DNA of 64,000 nucleotides from Phormidium sp. (GTDB lineage Bacteria; Cyanobacteriota; Cyanobacteriia; Cyanobacteriales; Aerosakkonemataceae): NCBI GenBank assembly GCA_051013385.1, contig CP143273.1, positions 256,001 to 320,000 of the forward strand, read 5' to 3'. Shown piece by piece: positions 61,801 to 64,000 of this stretch (position 1 is its first letter; each line of letters starts with the position of its first letter). The notes under the pieces were generated by a model. It saw only the letters and a program-made list of their open reading frames with translations, ran no database searches and was not told where the DNA came from. The position numbers and the translations under genes were made by a program.

Positions 61801-62358
61801 AGTTGCTACTCCAAAAATGGCAAAAGTAATGCGTTGATATTCTGGGTTAATTGCCCGTTGGTTATAGCAGAAACGAATAAAGGCAAAAAAGTCATCGATC
61901 GAAAAGTTAAGCCTCAGCAAACTGTCAATTTCATCGACAAAAATAAACAAGTTTTGTTGGGGAAATTGTTTCAATAGCAATTCTTCAATAAACCACCGCA
62001 GCCGTTGCAGTAAACCTAGATCGTTGCGTTCTTGCCACCAAGTTTTTAGGTTCAAGGTTTCCAGTAACCCCAACTGTCGCCATAAGTCAGCGACGAATCC
62101 CTTGTACCATTGCAGGGGAGTAATTTGTTCGCTCCCTATTACACTCAAATCCACCGCAGCGCAGCGAAAGCCATCTCGCTCAAGGCGATGCTTAGTTCGC
62201 ACTAGCAGTGAGGATTTGCCCATTTGCCGAGAGTTGAGGATATAGCAGAACTCCCCTCGTTTCAAGGCTTCATACAGTTGCGAGTCGGCTTGCCGCTGCA
62301 CGTAACTCGGTGCATCAATGGCTAAACTGCCGCCGAGTTGATAGCTATTTGGGAGCAT
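58819..62358 (-). CDS. AAA_35-type P-loop ATPase with TM helix and WD40 repeats
   Basis: YQLGGSL, SRQMGKSSL, FVDEIDS and WTAGQPFLTQ; about 14 GH...FSPDG...W repeats; start set at MLPNSY. Confidence 0.92.
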   Translation of the reverse strand: MLPNSYQLGGSLAIDAPSYVQRQADSQLYEALKRGEFCYILNSRQMGKSSLLVRTKHRLERDGFRCAAVDLSVIGSEQITPLQWYKGFVADLWRQLGLLETLNLKTWWQERNDLGLLQRLRWFIEELLLKQFPQQNLFIFVDEIDSLLRLNFSIDDFFAFIRFCYNQRAINPEYQRITFAIFGVATPSDLIRDRTKTPFNIGQAIELKGFEWKEVTPLIQGLEKKVEQPALVVRAILDWTAGQPFLTQKLCQLVAQLSQPTMGKDGLNRIPPGTESFWIENLVKTRIVERWESQDEPEHLRTIRDRIERNGQRAGRILGIYQQILQEVEIKSDDSREQIELLLSGLVVKHEGILKIKNRIYQQVFNLQWVEKSLAALRPYSQTFDAWVASGKQDKSRLLRGQALKDASYWTQGKSLSDLDYHFLAASQEVDRQELQLFLEAERLKELEARLALKKKNAKRQSYLIAALSFALVNAIAAGIFAFSQYQKALTSQRNEEIEKIQGRARYSAALFALDKRLDALIEALRARIELKTLALTDPQTETMVDLALRRSIYGAIEFNRFSGYGSAINGLDVSSNGEIIAVATLQDGIQIWHRDGRLLRTLKGHIGPALGVDISPNGQLIASGSGDTTVKLWRSDGTLLKTLTGFTASASKVKFSPDGELIVSSGADSTLKLWRKDGTLIKTLKGHGAIVTQVVFSPDGDLIVSASDNGTIKLWRRDGTLVKTLLDIRSPVFAIAFSPDGKTLATGNGDGKLQLWQRDGTKIRTFTAHNAAVNTLAFSPNGQMIVSGSDDQMLKFWSLDGTSLNAIRGHDSAIKDLAFSPSGDKLYSASWDGTVKAWKLDSPLLKVLRGHTAGVWGVAFSSDGQLVASSSPKEAILWRKDGTSNRHLKGPMPQFSSIAISPDGKTIATASADQSIQFWSPDGTLLYSLKGHQGDIRKIAFSPDGNMIASSSSDRTIKLWHVNGTQIATFRGHTAGTWAVAFSPNGATLVSSSGDKTLKFWRLASVLNSKSVAKSENSLFKTIQAHDSAVMNAAFSPNGELIASVSEDKIVKLWSRDGQLLHILKGHDSGIWSVAFSPDSQTIATGSNDGIIKLWKSDGRFLTNLIGHSAGVKELAFAPDGKTLASASEDKTVILWNLEQSVELDKVLASGCDLVRDYLLTNAEVKEEDRHLCDRSLQ

Positions 62359-62867
62359 AAAAAGTTGATTATTAAAGTCTATTATTTTAAACAAAATTTT
62401 GACACTCCGCGAACTAAACCTGTCCGCTGATAAACCCACACACCCAAAGCAAAGCTAGTCAGACCCCAATACTGCTCGGTTAAGGGTAGGGGCGAACGCG
62501 AGTGCGTGCCGTAGGCATTAGCATTCGGGCGACAATTTATGTACTCAAACCCTAGATTTTTTGTCCGAATCCTTCGCCCTGACAAAGGCAAAAAATGCAC
62601 AAAGCGAGCAGTATTGACACCTATTCCATCTCTAAAGAGTTGAATATTTTTAAGACTACGCATAATTGCTGGTGTCTGCTATTTCGCGTTTATTTGGACT
62701 CAACAGGACATCATATAAAACCTTGGTTAAAGTTCAACAACCAACTTATACCAATTCTCTATGAAGAAGCGCTTAATTCACCCCACCACAAACCCCTCCC
62801 CGTCCACAGGGAGAGGCAATAATTAAGCGCAATTTTACAGATAATTGGTATTACAAGCCGCTATAAG

Positions 62868-63986
62868 TCAGTTAGATAAGGCATAAGTTTGAAGGAAGTG
62901 TTCAAGTGCGTTGATTGCCTTCTGAAAATGAGTGGGTTCAACACCCAAAGCGATGCGAAAATGACCCGGACAATCTAATGCTTCTCCCGGTAACACCAAG
63001 ACTCCTGTTTCTTGCACTAATCGGTGAGCAAAGTCTTGACTATTAAGAGTTTTCAAAAAGGGAAAAGCAATTGTTCCCGCTTCAGGTTCAACCCAATCCA
63101 TTAGGTCATGATTTCGCTCAACTAATGCACGCAAGCTGGTGGCATTTTTCACAATCCATCCTCGATATTTGGGCAGTATTTTTTGCCAATTTAACAATGA
63201 ATGTTTAACCAGCATATCATTAATTGGGCTAACGGTATGGGTCGTGTAATCTTTAAGATCGTGGCAGGCTTTGACAATTTCAGGTGAGCCAATTAACCAA
63301 CCTATTCGCAAGCCGATCGAGCCAAAACACTTGCCAATTGAACCCAAAGAAACAATGGAAAGAGACTTGCCAAATAATGAGGGAATAAAATCGATTTCTT
63401 GTTGATGAGGTAAGAAGCGATAATGTTCATCAGATAGGATTTCTGTTTGATACTTTTCTGCCAGTTCGATAAATCCTTGTATTTCTTTAGAAGAATAGAC
63501 AACTCCTGTGGGATTGTGGGGACTGTTTAAAACGATGGCTTTAGTTTTATCATCTACTAATTTTGCTAACTCGGCTAAATTTGGTCGAAATTGTTCTGAA
63601 CGTCGCAAAGGTAAGTAACGGACTTCATAACCCAGGTATTTGGGAATTTCATGTAAGATATGAAAAGCCGGAACGGGAACAACTACATTAGCTCCAGGTT
63701 CATAACGAACGTGATAATAAATAAGAATAGCTTCTGTGGTTCCTGCGGTGACTAAAATATTTTCAGGGCTAACGTTTTCATAAACTGAGGCGATCGCCTC
63801 TCTTAAGCCTAGAGAACCATAAGTATCATTATTTTCCAAACTCAAGCTAAAAAACTCTGATTCACATTCTGTCAGTTTGAGCAATTCTGCTACTGACAAG
63901 TTAGTAACGCCACTTTCTCCCAAATTATAAGGGGCTTTTTCATATTTTGACAACCAAGTTTCCAGTAAAGCGGGTTCTATTTTCAT
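62868..63986 (-). CDS. PLP-dependent enzyme of the capreomycidine-synthase/GntC-like group
   Basis: LLETWL, YNLGESGV, NNDTYGS, TAGTTEA, DEHYRFL, GKCFGSIGLRIGW and KDYTTHT; TAGGAG upstream of the ATG. Confidence 0.8.
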   Translation of the reverse strand: MKIEPALLETWLSKYEKAPYNLGESGVTNLSVAELLKLTECESEFFSLSLENNDTYGSLGLREAIASVYENVSPENILVTAGTTEAILIYYHVRYEPGANVVVPVPAFHILHEIPKYLGYEVRYLPLRRSEQFRPNLAELAKLVDDKTKAIVLNSPHNPTGVVYSSKEIQGFIELAEKYQTEILSDEHYRFLPHQQEIDFIPSLFGKSLSIVSLGSIGKCFGSIGLRIGWLIGSPEIVKACHDLKDYTTHTVSPINDMLVKHSLLNWQKILPKYRGWIVKNATSLRALVERNHDLMDWVEPEAGTIAFPFLKTLNSQDFAHRLVQETGVLVLPGEALDCPGHFRIALGVEPTHFQKAINALEHFLQTYALSN

Positions 63987-64000
63987 CAATTCTGCTCCTA

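Noticed and set aside
58964..62822. Multiple short plus-strand ORFs
   Set aside because: Antisense shadows of the WD40/AAA gene or intergenic ORFs with no recognisable features.

Overview
Cyanobacterial chromosome segment (frequent HIP1 GCGATCGC octamers, short tandem repeats and small palindromic mobile repeats; probably a filamentous Oscillatoriales-type organism). 1-25.3 kb is mostly core genome: DUF1611/dipeptide epimerase, surE, pheS, recQ, brnTA, leuA, NYN/LabA-like, a CHASE2-kinase/FecR-polyproline/beta-barrel trio, rhodanese, a complete group II intron, a methyltransferase, thioredoxin and fabG. About 26-35 kb is a decaying, probably plasmid-derived region of gene fragments and nonsense pseudogenes (dnaX, HEPN toxin, Rpn-like, RecD-like helicase, ISL3) around an intact second dnaN and a short LeuA paralogue. 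37.2-47.5 kb is an apparently intact, NRPS-free, minus-strand amino-acid/guanidine biosynthetic cluster: FAD oxidase, two tandem SyrB2/BarB-like Fe/2OG halogenases (HQA motif), a GntB-like desaturase-fold hydroxylase, an animal-AGAT-like amidinotransferase, a PLP enzyme, a GNAT and an LLM monooxygenase. 47.7-62.4 kb is a globin-centred sensing module: porin, PstS-like protein, MscS-cNMP, sensor-HAMP-degenerate cyclase-globin fusion, pentapeptide protein, free globin and AAA-WD40. A GntC/VioD-like PLP enzyme lies at the right edge. A shared 9-bp-period direct repeat lies upstream of the cluster and of two genes in the globin module. All family assignments come from motifs recognised by eye; no database searches were run.
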